Shown in pieces: positions 18,605-28,472 of a DNA stretch of 64,000 nucleotides (positions are counted from its first letter, which is position 1; every line of letters begins with the position of its first letter). A model generated the notes under the pieces. It saw nothing but the letters and a program-made list of their open reading frames with translations. It was not told where the DNA came from and ran no database searches. The DNA is from Lachnospiraceae bacterium UBA7196 (GTDB lineage: Bacteria > Bacillota > Clostridia > Lachnospirales > Lachnospiraceae): contig DKUU01000020.1 of the NCBI GenBank assembly GCA_002490835.1, forward strand, positions 5,696 through 69,695. Reading direction: 5' to 3'. Both the position numbers and the translations under genes were made by a program.

Positions 18605-19678
18605 ATGCTGAGAGGCTATAAACTTCTGTGCGCCGGTCTTATTCTTGGAATCTGTTTATGCTGTTTGTCTCTGGAGACGCAGGCGAGCGGCATCGACTCT
18701 ATGGATTCTATTAATGTTGGGATATCTCAGATCGTGGATCCTACGGGAAAATCCGCGAATGAAGATGCCCTTAGAGAACTGACACAAGTGTCACAAGCTA
18801 ACGGCGGACAGGCAAAGAAAGAGACGGATCTGGTGATGGCGAATGTGCAGATCGCTCTGAATGTGCGTGCGGAGGCCGACGAGGAGTCCGATAAGGTGGG
18901 CTTGCTCTACAAGGACTGCGGCGGCAGGATATTGGAGAGAAAAGACGGCTGGACAAGACTGCGCAGCGGCAATCTGGTGGGCTGGGCCAGCGATGAGTAT
19001 CTTCTATTCGGAGAGGATGCGGAGGCTCTGGCCAACGATGTGGGAAATCTGATCGTGCAGATCGAGACGGAAACGCTCTGCGTGCGGGAAGAGCCGAGCG
19101 GCGAAGCCACCGCGGTGGGCTTTATCCCGCAGGATCAGGAGTTAGAGATCGTCGAGGTACTCGATGATGACTGGATCAGTGTCGATTATGAAGGGCAGAC
19201 AGGTTATGTGTCGGCAGAGTACGTGGATGTCGATTTCCACATCGACGAGGGCGAGACGCTGATCGCGATCAAAAAGAGAGAAGAGGAAGAGCGGCAGGCG
19301 AAGCTGACAGCAAACCGCGGCGCTGTGGTGGTAGGCGGCGACGATACCAGACTGTTGGCGGCACTGATCTACTGCGAGGCCGGCATCGAGACCTACAACG
19401 GCAAACTGGCAGTGGGCGCAGTGGTGATGAACCGTGTCAGGAGCGGCGCTTATCCCAATACAGTATCGGGTGTTATTTTTGCATCGGGGCAGTTTACGCC
19501 CGCGATGAACGGCAAGGTGGCAAGAGTTTACGGCGGTGATATCCCGGAGAGCTGCTGGGAAGCGGCCAGAGCGGCTATCAACGGCGAGACGAATGTTGGC
19601 GATGCGACGCATTTCAGATCGCTTAAGGCGGCGGGGAACCATACGGGGCTGGTGATCGATCGGCAAATTTTCTGGTAA
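18605..19678 (+). CDS. Secreted cell-wall hydrolase, SleB/Hydrolase_2 family, with SH3-like repeats
   Basis: Start at ATG 18605, after GACGGAGGG. Signal peptide present. Two SH3b-like segments (LNVRAEADEESDKVG, LCVREEPSGEATAVG). C-terminal motifs LLAALIYCEAG, VVMNRVRSGAYPNTV, FASGQFTP and ATHF. Confidence 0.82.
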   Translation: MLRGYKLLCAGLILGICLCCLSLETQASGIDSMDSINVGISQIVDPTGKSANEDALRELTQVSQANGGQAKKETDLVMANVQIALNVRAEADEESDKVGLLYKDCGGRILERKDGWTRLRSGNLVGWASDEYLLFGEDAEALANDVGNLIVQIETETLCVREEPSGEATAVGFIPQDQELEIVEVLDDDWISVDYEGQTGYVSAEYVDVDFHIDEGETLIAIKKREEEERQAKLTANRGAVVVGGDDTRLLAALIYCEAGIETYNGKLAVGAVVMNRVRSGAYPNTVSGVIFASGQFTPAMNGKVARVYGGDIPESCWEAARAAINGETNVGDATHFRSLKAAGNHTGLVIDRQIFW

Positions 19679-19753
19679 ACCTTGCTATTATGGGGATATA
19701 TAGTACCATGGAAGAAGGGGAAATTGTTCTGACATGGAGGATGAGAAAAGAGG

Positions 19754-20197
19754 ATGGAACTTTTGAATATGACGATGTTCTGGCTGGTCATTTTGGTACT
19801 GCTGGTGGTCATAGAGCTTTTGACGATGGGATTGACGACGGTCTGGTTTGCCGGCGGTGCGCTGGCGGCCACGCTCGCGTCTTTGATCGGTCTGCCGCTG
19901 GCGATACAGATCATTCTGTTCCTTTTGGTGTCGGGGCTGCTGCTGTTTTTTACGAGGCCGATCGCAGTGAAGTACTTTAACAAAGACCGGGTGCGCACCA
20001 ATGCGGAGAGTCTGGTGGGCCGGCAGGCGATCGTGATCAGCGAGATCGATAACCTGCAGGGGATCGGACAGATCAATGTAGGCGGCATGGAGTGGTCCGC
20101 CAGAACCAGAGACGAGAATATTACGCTCCCCGTGGGCGCGGTGGTCATTGTGCTGGCGATAGACGGCGTAAAGCTGATCGTGGAAGAGAAAAAGTAA
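19754..20197 (+). CDS. NfeD-family membrane protein
   Basis: Three or four N-terminal TM helices plus a C-terminal OB-like soluble domain (GRQAIVISEI..INVGGMEWSA). Lies immediately upstream of an SPFH gene, the classic pairing. Confidence 0.8.
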   Translation: MELLNMTMFWLVILVLLVVIELLTMGLTTVWFAGGALAATLASLIGLPLAIQIILFLLVSGLLLFFTRPIAVKYFNKDRVRTNAESLVGRQAIVISEIDNLQGIGQINVGGMEWSARTRDENITLPVGAVVIVLAIDGVKLIVEEKK

Positions 20198-20211
20198 AAA
20201 GGAGAAAAATT

Positions 20212-21132
20212 ATGGGTGGAATCATTGCTTTTGTGGTACTGTTGATCCTTGCGCTGATGGTTTTGATGTCCTGCATCAAGATCGTACCGCAGGCGCACGC
20301 TTACGTGGTGGAGCGTCTCGGCGCTTACCAGCAGACTTGGTCCGTCGGCCTGCACATCAAGGTGCCTTTTATCGATATCGTGGCTAAGAGGGTAAATCTC
20401 AAGGAGCAGGTGGTGGATTTCGCGCCCCAGCCGGTGATCACGAAGGATAACGTTACCATGCGCATCGATACGGTGGTCTTTTTCCAGATCACGGATCCGA
20501 AGCTTTTTGCTTACGGCGTGGAGAACCCGATCATGGCGATCGAGAATCTGACGGCTACGACGCTTAGAAACATCATCGGTGAGATGGAACTTGACCAGAC
20601 GCTGACGTCGCGTGAGGTAATCAATACAAAGATGCGCGCGTCCCTCGATATCGCGACCGATCCTTGGGGTATCAAGGTGAACCGCGTGGAGCTGAAGAAC
20701 ATCATTCCGCCGGCGGCGATTCAGGACGCGATGGAGAAGCAGATGAAGGCGGAGCGTGAGCGCCGTGAGGCGATCCTGAGAGCCGAGGGTGAGAAGAAGT
20801 CCACCATTCTGGTGGCCGAAGGTCAGAAGGAATCGGCGATTTTGGAAGCGGAAGCGGAGAAACAGTCCGCGATCTTAAGAGCTGAGGCTGAAAAGGAAAA
20901 GATGATCCGCGAGGCGGAAGGTGAGGCGGAAGCGATCCTCAAGGTGCAGCAGGCTACGGCCGACGGTATCCGCATGATCCGCGAGGCGGGCGCTGATGAA
21001 GCCGTTTTAAAGATTAAGAGTCTGGAAGCTTTCGAGCGGGCGGCAAACGGGCAGGCTACGAAGATCATCATTCCTTCGGAAATTCAGGGGATCGCCGGAC
21101 TTGCGGCATCGGCGAAGGAAATTTTAAAGTAA
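20212..21132 (+). CDS. SPFH/Band-7 (stomatin-like) protein
   Basis: Start at ATG 20212, after GGAGAAAAATT. N-terminal TM helix. SPFH core (IVPQAHAYVVERLG, TKDNV, RVELKNI). C-terminal Ala/Glu-rich coiled coil. Confidence 0.9.
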   Translation: MGGIIAFVVLLILALMVLMSCIKIVPQAHAYVVERLGAYQQTWSVGLHIKVPFIDIVAKRVNLKEQVVDFAPQPVITKDNVTMRIDTVVFFQITDPKLFAYGVENPIMAIENLTATTLRNIIGEMELDQTLTSREVINTKMRASLDIATDPWGIKVNRVELKNIIPPAAIQDAMEKQMKAERERREAILRAEGEKKSTILVAEGQKESAILEAEAEKQSAILRAEAEKEKMIREAEGEAEAILKVQQATADGIRMIREAGADEAVLKIKSLEAFERAANGQATKIIIPSEIQGIAGLAASAKEILK

Positions 21133-21279
21133 AATAACGCATGTTGTATAATGCGGTTTGAGCAGAAAGATTCGTATAGAGCGGACGTAAATAAGCAACA
21201 GGGCGGTTTGTCTAACCGTCCTGTTTGACATCATTGCTGCCGGCCGGCAGCGGCTTACATATGGGAAGGAGACAAAAGT

Positions 21280-22272
21280 ATGGATTTAAAGGGACGGCAT
21301 TTTTTGAAGCTGCTTGATTTTACGCCGGAGGAGATACTATATCTGGTGGATACGGCGGCGGACTTGAAGGATAAGAAAAAGAAGGGAATCCCCGTGGATG
21401 TCCTGCGGGGGAAGAACGTGGCCCTGATCTTTGAAAAGACCAGTACCAGAACCCGCTGTGCCTTCGAGGTGGCGGCGCATGATCTGGGCATGGGGAGCAC
21501 CTATCTGGATCCGGTCGCTTCGCAGATCGGGAAAAAAGAGAGCATTGCGGACACGGCGCGGGTGCTGGGGCGTATGTTTGAGGGCATCGAGTATCGGGGC
21601 TTCGGGCAGGAGATCGTGGAGGAGATCGCGAAATATGCGGGCGTACCCGTGTGGAACGGCCTGACCAACGAATTTCATCCTACGCAGATGCTTGCCGACC
21701 TTCTCACCATACGGGAACATTTCGGCAGGCTTTCCGGCATCCGGCTGACCTATCTGGGCGACGCGCGCTACAATACGGGCAATTCGCTGATGGTGGTCTG
21801 CGCGAAGATGGGGATGCACTTTACTGCCTGCACAAACCGCAAATATTTTCCGGAAGAAGCGCTGGTGAAGACTTGTCAGGAAATCGCGGCGCAGACCGGC
21901 GGCAGCATCCGGCTGACGGAGGATGTGGAAGAGGGCGCGGCGGGCGCAGACGTGATCTGTACCGACGTGTGGGTTTCCATGGGCGAGCCGGCGGAGATCT
22001 GGGAGGAACGGCTCAAAGACCTTCTGCCCTATCAGGTCAACGCGAAGGTAATGGCGTTTGCGGACAAGGGAGCCGTCTTTATGCACTGTCTTCCTGCCTT
22101 TCACGACCACAATACGGGCATCGGCAAGGAGATCGGCGAACGGTACGGACTGGCGGAGCTTGAGGTAACGGACGAGGTGTTTGAGTCGCCGCAGTCCCTT
22201 GTGTTCGATGAGGCGGAGAATCGGATGCACACGATAAAAGCGGTGATGTTGACCACGCTCGGGCGAGCGTGA
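21280..22272 (+). CDS. argF: Ornithine carbamoyltransferase
   Basis: Motifs [22 protein letters not shown] and HCLPAF. Anabolic versus catabolic role cannot be decided from sequence alone. Confidence 0.92.
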   Translation: MDLKGRHFLKLLDFTPEEILYLVDTAADLKDKKKKGIPVDVLRGKNVALIFEKTSTRTRCAFEVAAHDLGMGSTYLDPVASQIGKKESIADTARVLGRMFEGIEYRGFGQEIVEEIAKYAGVPVWNGLTNEFHPTQMLADLLTIREHFGRLSGIRLTYLGDARYNTGNSLMVVCAKMGMHFTACTNRKYFPEEALVKTCQEIAAQTGGSIRLTEDVEEGAAGADVICTDVWVSMGEPAEIWEERLKDLLPYQVNAKVMAFADKGAVFMHCLPAFHDHNTGIGKEIGERYGLAELEVTDEVFESPQSLVFDEAENRMHTIKAVMLTTLGRA

Positions 22273-22382
22273 AAAGTGCTTCTAAAGACGTCCCGCCATT
22301 GGACGGGACGCCAAGAAGCACTAAGTTTCACGCGGGAGAATGCCTGAAATACGGCATTCTCCGCAGAAATGGAGAAACATCC

Positions 22383-23396
22383 ATGAAAACGGACAGATCG
22401 GATATTTTGGCATGCCTGCGCGGCAGCGGGGACTATGTTTCGGGGCAGCAGCTTTGCGAGCGTCTGGGCGTCTCCCGCACGGCGGTGTGGAAGGTCATCA
22501 ACCAATTGAAGGCGGAAGGCTATCGTATCGAGTCGGTTTCCAGACGGGGTTATCGTCTGGTGGAAAGTCCGGAGGATGTGCTTTCGGAGGGCGAGATCGT
22601 AAGCCGCCTGAATACGACGTGGGCGGGCAGAACGCTTTATTACCGGGAAGAGACCGGCTCCACCAACAATGACGCGAAACGCTGCGGCGAGGAGGGAGAT
22701 CCCCACGGGACGGTGGTGGCTGCCGATATCCAGAATGCGGGCAAAGGCCGACGGGGCAGGGGCTGGCAGACGATCCCCGGCACGGCGCTTTCCTTTAGTA
22801 TTCTGCTGCGGCCTTCTTTTCCGGCGGAACGGGCTTCCATGATCACGCTGGTGATGGCGCTGGCTGTGGCGGAGGCCGTGGAGGCAGCGCTGGATGGAAA
22901 TATGTCTGTCCGCATCAAATGGCCGAATGACATTGTGATAAACCGCAGAAAAGTGTGCGGTATGCTGACGGAAATGACCATGACGCCGGAACTTGACGAG
23001 ATTCAGTATCTGGTGGTGGGTGTCGGTATCAATGTCAACAATGAAAGTTTGCAGGAATTTCAAGAAGAGATCAGGGACACAGCCACTTCTCTGCGGATCG
23101 AGGCCGGGCGGCGCATCAACCGGGCGGCGCTCTTGGGAGATGTGCTGGGCCGCTTTGAGAAATATTATCAGACATTTTTGGAAACACTGGATATGTCCCG
23201 TCTGCGGGAAACGTATCAGGCCCGCCTGCAGGGGCTTGGAAATGAGGTGCGCGTACTCGATCCGGCGGGGGAGTACACGGGTGTCTCGCGGGGCATCAAT
23301 GACAGGGGCGAACTGATCGTGGAGCGGGAAAGCGGTGAGCGCGTGGCGGTCTACGCCGGAGAAGTGTCGGTGAGGGGATTGTACGGGTACGTCTAG
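22383..23396 (+). CDS. birA: Bifunctional biotin-protein ligase and biotin operon repressor
   Basis: Start at ATG 22383, after GGAGA. N-terminal wHTH (SGQQLCERLGVSRTAVWKVINQLK). Ligase motifs GKGRRGRGW and KWPNDI. Confidence 0.9.
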   Translation: MKTDRSDILACLRGSGDYVSGQQLCERLGVSRTAVWKVINQLKAEGYRIESVSRRGYRLVESPEDVLSEGEIVSRLNTTWAGRTLYYREETGSTNNDAKRCGEEGDPHGTVVAADIQNAGKGRRGRGWQTIPGTALSFSILLRPSFPAERASMITLVMALAVAEAVEAALDGNMSVRIKWPNDIVINRRKVCGMLTEMTMTPELDEIQYLVVGVGINVNNESLQEFQEEIRDTATSLRIEAGRRINRAALLGDVLGRFEKYYQTFLETLDMSRLRETYQARLQGLGNEVRVLDPAGEYTGVSRGINDRGELIVERESGERVAVYAGEVSVRGLYGYV

Positions 23397-23425
23397 CAGC
23401 ATTCCCCGTATATCGAGGTGGTATT

Positions 23426-23758
23426 ATGAAGGATAACAGAATCGTACTCTGCGGCGCGAACGCCTACGAGAAGAAATATTATTTTAACAAGCAGTTCGAT
23501 AAGATTCCGCAGTCAATCCAAGAGGAACTGCACGTGATCTGCGTCCTCTTCACAGAGGAGGTGGGCGGTGTCTTCACCATTGCTTTTGATGAGGATGGGA
23601 CCGTCCTGCTGGAGACCGATGCCGAGGAGGACGATCTGCTCTACGACGAGATCAGCAGCGGCCTTTTAGTAGGGGAGATTCGCCGTAACCGACAGGAGCT
23701 GTTAGAGTCGTTACAGCTATATTACAGAGTCTTCATATTGCATGAGGAGATACAATAA
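23426..23758 (+). CDS. Small acidic hypothetical protein
   Basis: Track ORF with GAGGTGG RBS. No motif recognised. Confidence 0.5.
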   Translation: MKDNRIVLCGANAYEKKYYFNKQFDKIPQSIQEELHVICVLFTEEVGGVFTIAFDEDGTVLLETDAEEDDLLYDEISSGLLVGEIRRNRQELLESLQLYYRVFILHEEIQ

Positions 23759-23802
23759 ATTAGAGGATTGTGTGCCCAATCTCAAAAATAATCAGGAGGG
23801 AT

Positions 23803-24774
23803 ATGATGTCTTATCTGCACCCGCTCGCCCTCGGCAGCGTCACCCTGAAAAATAATCTCATACTGGCTCCCATGGCAGGCGTGACGGACCTGCCATTTCG
23901 TTTGCTGTGCAGCGAACAGGGGGCGGGCCTGACCGGCATGGAGATGGTGAGCGCCAAGGCTATTCTCTATGGGAATAAAAATACGGAGGGGCTCCTTGCA
24001 ATCCATCCGCAGGAGGGGCCGGTGTCTTTACAGTTGTTCGGCTCCGATCCGAAGATCGTCAGCGAGATGGCGGCGCGCATCGAAGAACGTCCTTTTGCGG
24101 TGCTGGATTTCAATATGGGCTGTCCCGTGCCGAAGATCGTCGGAAACGGCGAGGGTTCGGCCCTGATGCGGGAGCCGAAACTGGCGGGGGAGATCATTGC
24201 CGCCACGGTAAAGGCCGTGAAAAAGCCGGTGACGGTGAAGATTCGCAAGGGCTTTGACGAGGAGCACGTCAATGCGGTGGAGATTGCGAAGATCGCGGAA
24301 GATGCGGGCGCCGCCGCCGTGGCCGTACACGGCAGGACGAGGGAGCAGTTTTACAGCGGACAGGCGGACTGGGAGATCATAGCGAAAGTCAAGGAGGCAA
24401 TCTCCATTCCCGTAATCGGAAACGGCGATGTCACGGACGGCGAAAGCGCCCGCAGGATGCTTGCGGAAACAGGCTGCGACGGGGTGATGATCGGCCGCGC
24501 CGCCAGAGGCAATCCATGGCTGTTTGGGGAGATCGCCGCGTATCTGGAAGACGGGCGGACGCTGCCCGCCGTGTCGCCTGCGGAGAAAAAGGAAATGATG
24601 CTGCGCCACGCCGCGCTTCAACTGGAAACCAAAGGCGCGTATACGGGTGTGCGGGAAATGCGCAAGCACCTGTCTTGGTATACGGCGGGAATGCCAAACT
24701 CCGCGAAACTCAGAGGGCAGGTCAATCAGGCGGAAAGCTTTGAGGAGATCAGGCGTCTGGTGGAATCCCTGTAA
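23803..24774 (+). CDS. dusB: tRNA-dihydrouridine synthase
   Basis: Start at ATG 23803, after CAGGAGGG. Motifs LAPMAGVTDLPFR, DFNMGCP, HGRTREQ and VIGNGD. Confidence 0.9.
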   Translation: MMSYLHPLALGSVTLKNNLILAPMAGVTDLPFRLLCSEQGAGLTGMEMVSAKAILYGNKNTEGLLAIHPQEGPVSLQLFGSDPKIVSEMAARIEERPFAVLDFNMGCPVPKIVGNGEGSALMREPKLAGEIIAATVKAVKKPVTVKIRKGFDEEHVNAVEIAKIAEDAGAAAVAVHGRTREQFYSGQADWEIIAKVKEAISIPVIGNGDVTDGESARRMLAETGCDGVMIGRAARGNPWLFGEIAAYLEDGRTLPAVSPAEKKEMMLRHAALQLETKGAYTGVREMRKHLSWYTAGMPNSAKLRGQVNQAESFEEIRRLVESL

Positions 24775-24827
24775 GATATGCTGCATATACTGTCTCAGAG
24801 AAGAATAGAAATATCGGGTGTTATTAA

Positions 24828-25691
24828 ATGGAGAGCCTGCTTTATTTTTATCCGGCCCCTGAGGGCATGTATCAAAAGGACGCGGCAAGGAGACACTGGT
24901 GGCAGGATGCCGCTTTACTGTTACAGGAACTGCCTGCGAAAGAGCGGGAGCCTTTCTTTTTGCTGGTGGGTTGTCCCGTGCCGGCCTATTACCATGGCAG
25001 GCGCTCATGGCCGCCGGATGTCCTGTCGGCATGTATGGCGGAGGCGGTATATGGAGCAAAGGGGATGGCCGACGTCTGGCTGCACCCTGATATTATGACA
25101 CTAGTGTCAGAAGAGTACCGGGAACGATGGGAGCCGCGGCGGGACACGCTGGAACGGCTGCTTTCCTGCCTGATCTCAGTCTATGCGGCGGACTGCATAA
25201 AAAGGAACGGCGGGGCGACGGTGTTTTTGGGAAGGGCTACCGATACGCTTTGGCAGATAGAGATGACGGGAGAGCTTCTTTCGCCCTATCTGTCCCGGAT
25301 CAACCGTCTCACCTTCTGGTATGAGGAGGCGGAAGGGGCCGATCTCTGGGAGGAGGCGGAAGGCTATCTGGAAGTTTATCGTTATGAGTATGGCCTTACG
25401 CCCTGCCTTTTACCCTATGGGAGCAAGGGCGGGAGGAAGCTGATAGAAAAAGCCTCCGACAGCCAAAAGATGCGGGATGACAGGGAATCCGGGCGCGGCC
25501 TGCTCCTTGACTATGGCGCACCCTTAGACAGGCTGCGGTTTGGGGACTTTAACGAGGCTGTCTATATCGATGCGGAGGGCAGTCCCTTAAAGGAGCGGAA
25601 ATGCCTTGCAAAAGGCGGGAGCATCCGTTATGTTTCGCCGTTTAAATACCTTGACACTGTGGTAAAAAATGAGTATGATAGAAAAGATTGA
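24828..25691 (+). CDS. Hypothetical soluble protein, 287 aa, rich in Trp/Tyr/Glu/Arg
   Basis: Track ORF in the same orientation as its neighbours. No TM segment and no motif recognised. Confidence 0.5.
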   Translation: MESLLYFYPAPEGMYQKDAARRHWWQDAALLLQELPAKEREPFFLLVGCPVPAYYHGRRSWPPDVLSACMAEAVYGAKGMADVWLHPDIMTLVSEEYRERWEPRRDTLERLLSCLISVYAADCIKRNGGATVFLGRATDTLWQIEMTGELLSPYLSRINRLTFWYEEAEGADLWEEAEGYLEVYRYEYGLTPCLLPYGSKGGRKLIEKASDSQKMRDDRESGRGLLLDYGAPLDRLRFGDFNEAVYIDAEGSPLKERKCLAKGGSIRYVSPFKYLDTVVKNEYDRKD

Positions 25692-25798
25692 AAAATCAGT
25701 GAAAACATTTCGGAATCAGCGGAAATGGAAATGAGAAAGACAGCGTGAATCAGGCAGAATGAGAACGTGTATCAAATAGAGGGAAAGGACGAATTAAA

Positions 25799-26281
25799 AT
25801 GCATGAGAAGAAAAACATCTTAACTTATGAGGGCCTGCGTAAGTACGAAGAAGAGCTCCATGACTTAAAGGTGGTAAAGCGTAAGGAAGTGGCGCAGAAG
25901 ATCAAGGAGGCAAGGGAGCAGGGCGATCTCTCCGAGAATGCGGAGTATGATGCGGCCAAGGATGAACAGCGCGACATTGAGGCGAGGATCGAGGAGCTGG
26001 AGAAGATCCTCAAAAACGCCGAGGTCGTGGTGGAGGATGAAGTCGATCTGGATAAGATCAACATCGGCTGTCAGGTAAAGATCCTTGACATGGAATTTAA
26101 CGAGGAACTGGAATATAAAATTGTAGGTTCTACAGAGGCCAACAGCTTAAAGGGAAAAATCTCAAATGAGTCCCCTGTCGGCAAGGCGCTGATTGGCAGC
26201 AAAGTTGGAGAGACTGTGGAGGTAGAGACGCAGGCGGGCATGATCCGTTACAAGGTATTAGAGATTCAGCGGTCTAACTAA
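25799..26281 (+). CDS. greA: Transcription elongation factor GreA
   Basis: 160 aa. N-terminal coiled coil with [16 protein letters not shown]-terminal FKBP-like domain has SPVGKALIG. Confidence 0.95.
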   Translation: MHEKKNILTYEGLRKYEEELHDLKVVKRKEVAQKIKEAREQGDLSENAEYDAAKDEQRDIEARIEELEKILKNAEVVVEDEVDLDKINIGCQVKILDMEFNEELEYKIVGSTEANSLKGKISNESPVGKALIGSKVGETVEVETQAGMIRYKVLEIQRSN

Positions 26282-26338
26282 ATAGATTTTCAAAGGGAAA
26301 GAAATGCGAAGCGGCAGGAATGTGCGGAAAGAGAAGGG

Positions 26339-28459
26339 ATGAAGATGGCGGAAGCACAGAATCAGGATATTAATCAGCTTTTGAAGGTCAGACGGGAGAA
26401 GCTTACGGCGCTGCAGGAAGCGGGGAAGGATCCCTTTCAGATCACGAAATACGATGTGACCCATCACAGTCAGGAAATCAGGGACGGTTTTGATGCGCTG
26501 GAGGGAAAGAAAGTCTCCATTGCGGGCCGTGTGATGAGTAAGCGCGTGATGGGTAAGGCGTCTTTTTGCAATGTGCAGGATCTTTTGGGCGATATTCAGG
26601 TCTATGTGGCAAGGGACAGCATCGGGGAAGAGGCTTACGCCGACTTCAAGAAATATGACGTGGGTGACATTGTCGGCATCGAGGGAGAGGTCTTTAAGAC
26701 CAAAACAGGCGAGATTTCCGTGCATGCGGCAAAAGTGACACTCCTGTCAAAAAGTCTTCAGATCCTGCCGGAGAAGTATCACGGTCTGGTGAATACCGAT
26801 ATCCGTTACCGCCAGCGTTACACCGATCTCATCATGAATGAGGATGTAAAAAAGACCTTTGTGGCGCGCTCGAAGATCATCAGCGCCATCAGGCGCTATC
26901 TGGACGGTCAGGGTTTTCTGGAGGTGGAGACCCCGATGCTTGTCTCCAACGCGGGCGGCGCGGCGGCAAGGCCCTTCGAGACGCATTACAATGCGCTGGA
27001 CGAGGATGTGAAACTGCGCATCTCTCTGGAATTATACTTAAAGAGACTGATCGTGGGCGGCTTGGAGCGCGTCTACGAGATCGGCAGGGTGTTCCGCAAC
27101 GAAGGACTGGATGCGAGGCATAACCCTGAGTTTACGTTGATGGAGCTTTATCAGGCCTACACCGACTATAACGGCATGATGGACCTGACCGAGAATATGT
27201 TCCGCCATGTGGCAAAGGAAGTCTGCGGCACGACGCTCGTCTCCTATCAGGGCGAACAGATCGATCTGGGAAAGCCTTTCGAGCGCATTACCATGGTGGA
27301 AGCTGTGAAAAAATACGCGGGCGTAGATTTTGACGCAGTGGCAGACACGGAGGCTGCGAAGAAGCTGGCGGACGAAAAGGGTGTACACTACGAGGAACGC
27401 CACACCAAGGGCGATATCATCAACCTCTTCTTCGAGGAGTTCGTGGAAGAGCATCTGGTACAGCCTACCTTTGTGATGGATCATCCTGTGGAGATCTCGC
27501 CCCTCACCAAGAGAAAGCCGGACAAGCCGGAGTATGTGGAGCGGTTCGAACTGTTCATTACGGCGAGGGAGATGTGCAACGCCTATTCGGAGCTTAACGA
27601 CCCCATCGACCAGCGGGAGCGTTTCAAGGCGCAGGAAGCGGCGCTGGCGGCGGGCGACGAGGAGGCAAACACAACCGACGAGGACTTTATGAACGCGCTG
27701 GAGATCGGAATGCCCCCGACGGGCGGCATCGGCTACGGCATCGACAGGCTGGTGATGTTACTCACTGATTCCCCCGCGATCCGCGACGTGCTGCTGTTCC
27801 CGACCATGAAAAGTCTGGACAAAAAGCCTTCCGACGGGGCGAAATCTGCGAAAAAGCAGGCGGCAGGCGAGGCGAAAAAGAGCAGCGTGACCCGCGAACA
27901 GGCATTGGAACTGTTGAAGAAGTACAACAAAGAGCCCTTTCATATCCAGCATGCCCTGACCGTGGAGGGTGTGATGCGCTGGTACGCGAAAGAATTGGGC
28001 TATGCGGCGGAAGAAGAGTTCTGGGGCATCACCGGACTTTTGCATGATATCGACTTTGAACTTTATCCGGAGGAACACTGCAAGAAAGCGCCCGAACTGC
28101 TGCGAGAGGGCGGCGTGGGCGAGGATATGATCTACGCGGTCTGTTCCCACGGTTTTGGAATCTGCAGCGAAGAAGAACCGAAACTGGAGATGGAGAAGGT
28201 GCTGTTTGCGGCCGACGAGCTGACGGGCCTGATCTGGTCCTGTGCGCTGATGCGTCCTTCTAAGAGCGTTATGGATATGGAAGTCAAGAGCCTGAAAAAG
28301 AAATTTAAGGATAAAAAGTTTGCGGCGGGCTGTTCCAGAGAGATCATTGCGCAGGGCGCGGAAATGCTCGGCTGGGAACTGGACGAGCTGTTTGAGAGGA
28401 CGATTCAGGCGATGAGAAGCTGCGAGGAATCTGTGGCGGCGGCGATGGAGAGCCTGTAG
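26339..28459 (+). CDS. lysS: Class II lysyl-tRNA synthetase fused to a C-terminal HD-domain hydrolase
   Basis: The LysRS core covers residues 1 to about 491 (RVYEIGRVFRNEG, GIGYGIDRLVMLL, LLFPTMK). A Lys/Ala/Ser linker follows. The HD module is about 190 aa (HIQHALTV, LLHDIDF, AADELT). Confidence 0.9.
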   Translation: MKMAEAQNQDINQLLKVRREKLTALQEAGKDPFQITKYDVTHHSQEIRDGFDALEGKKVSIAGRVMSKRVMGKASFCNVQDLLGDIQVYVARDSIGEEAYADFKKYDVGDIVGIEGEVFKTKTGEISVHAAKVTLLSKSLQILPEKYHGLVNTDIRYRQRYTDLIMNEDVKKTFVARSKIISAIRRYLDGQGFLEVETPMLVSNAGGAAARPFETHYNALDEDVKLRISLELYLKRLIVGGLERVYEIGRVFRNEGLDARHNPEFTLMELYQAYTDYNGMMDLTENMFRHVAKEVCGTTLVSYQGEQIDLGKPFERITMVEAVKKYAGVDFDAVADTEAAKKLADEKGVHYEERHTKGDIINLFFEEFVEEHLVQPTFVMDHPVEISPLTKRKPDKPEYVERFELFITAREMCNAYSELNDPIDQRERFKAQEAALAAGDEEANTTDEDFMNALEIGMPPTGGIGYGIDRLVMLLTDSPAIRDVLLFPTMKSLDKKPSDGAKSAKKQAAGEAKKSSVTREQALELLKKYNKEPFHIQHALTVEGVMRWYAKELGYAAEEEFWGITGLLHDIDFELYPEEHCKKAPELLREGGVGEDMIYAVCSHGFGICSEEEPKLEMEKVLFAADELTGLIWSCALMRPSKSVMDMEVKSLKKKFKDKKFAAGCSREIIAQGAEMLGWELDELFERTIQAMRSCEESVAAAMESL

Positions 28460-28472
28460 GGAGAATATCCGT

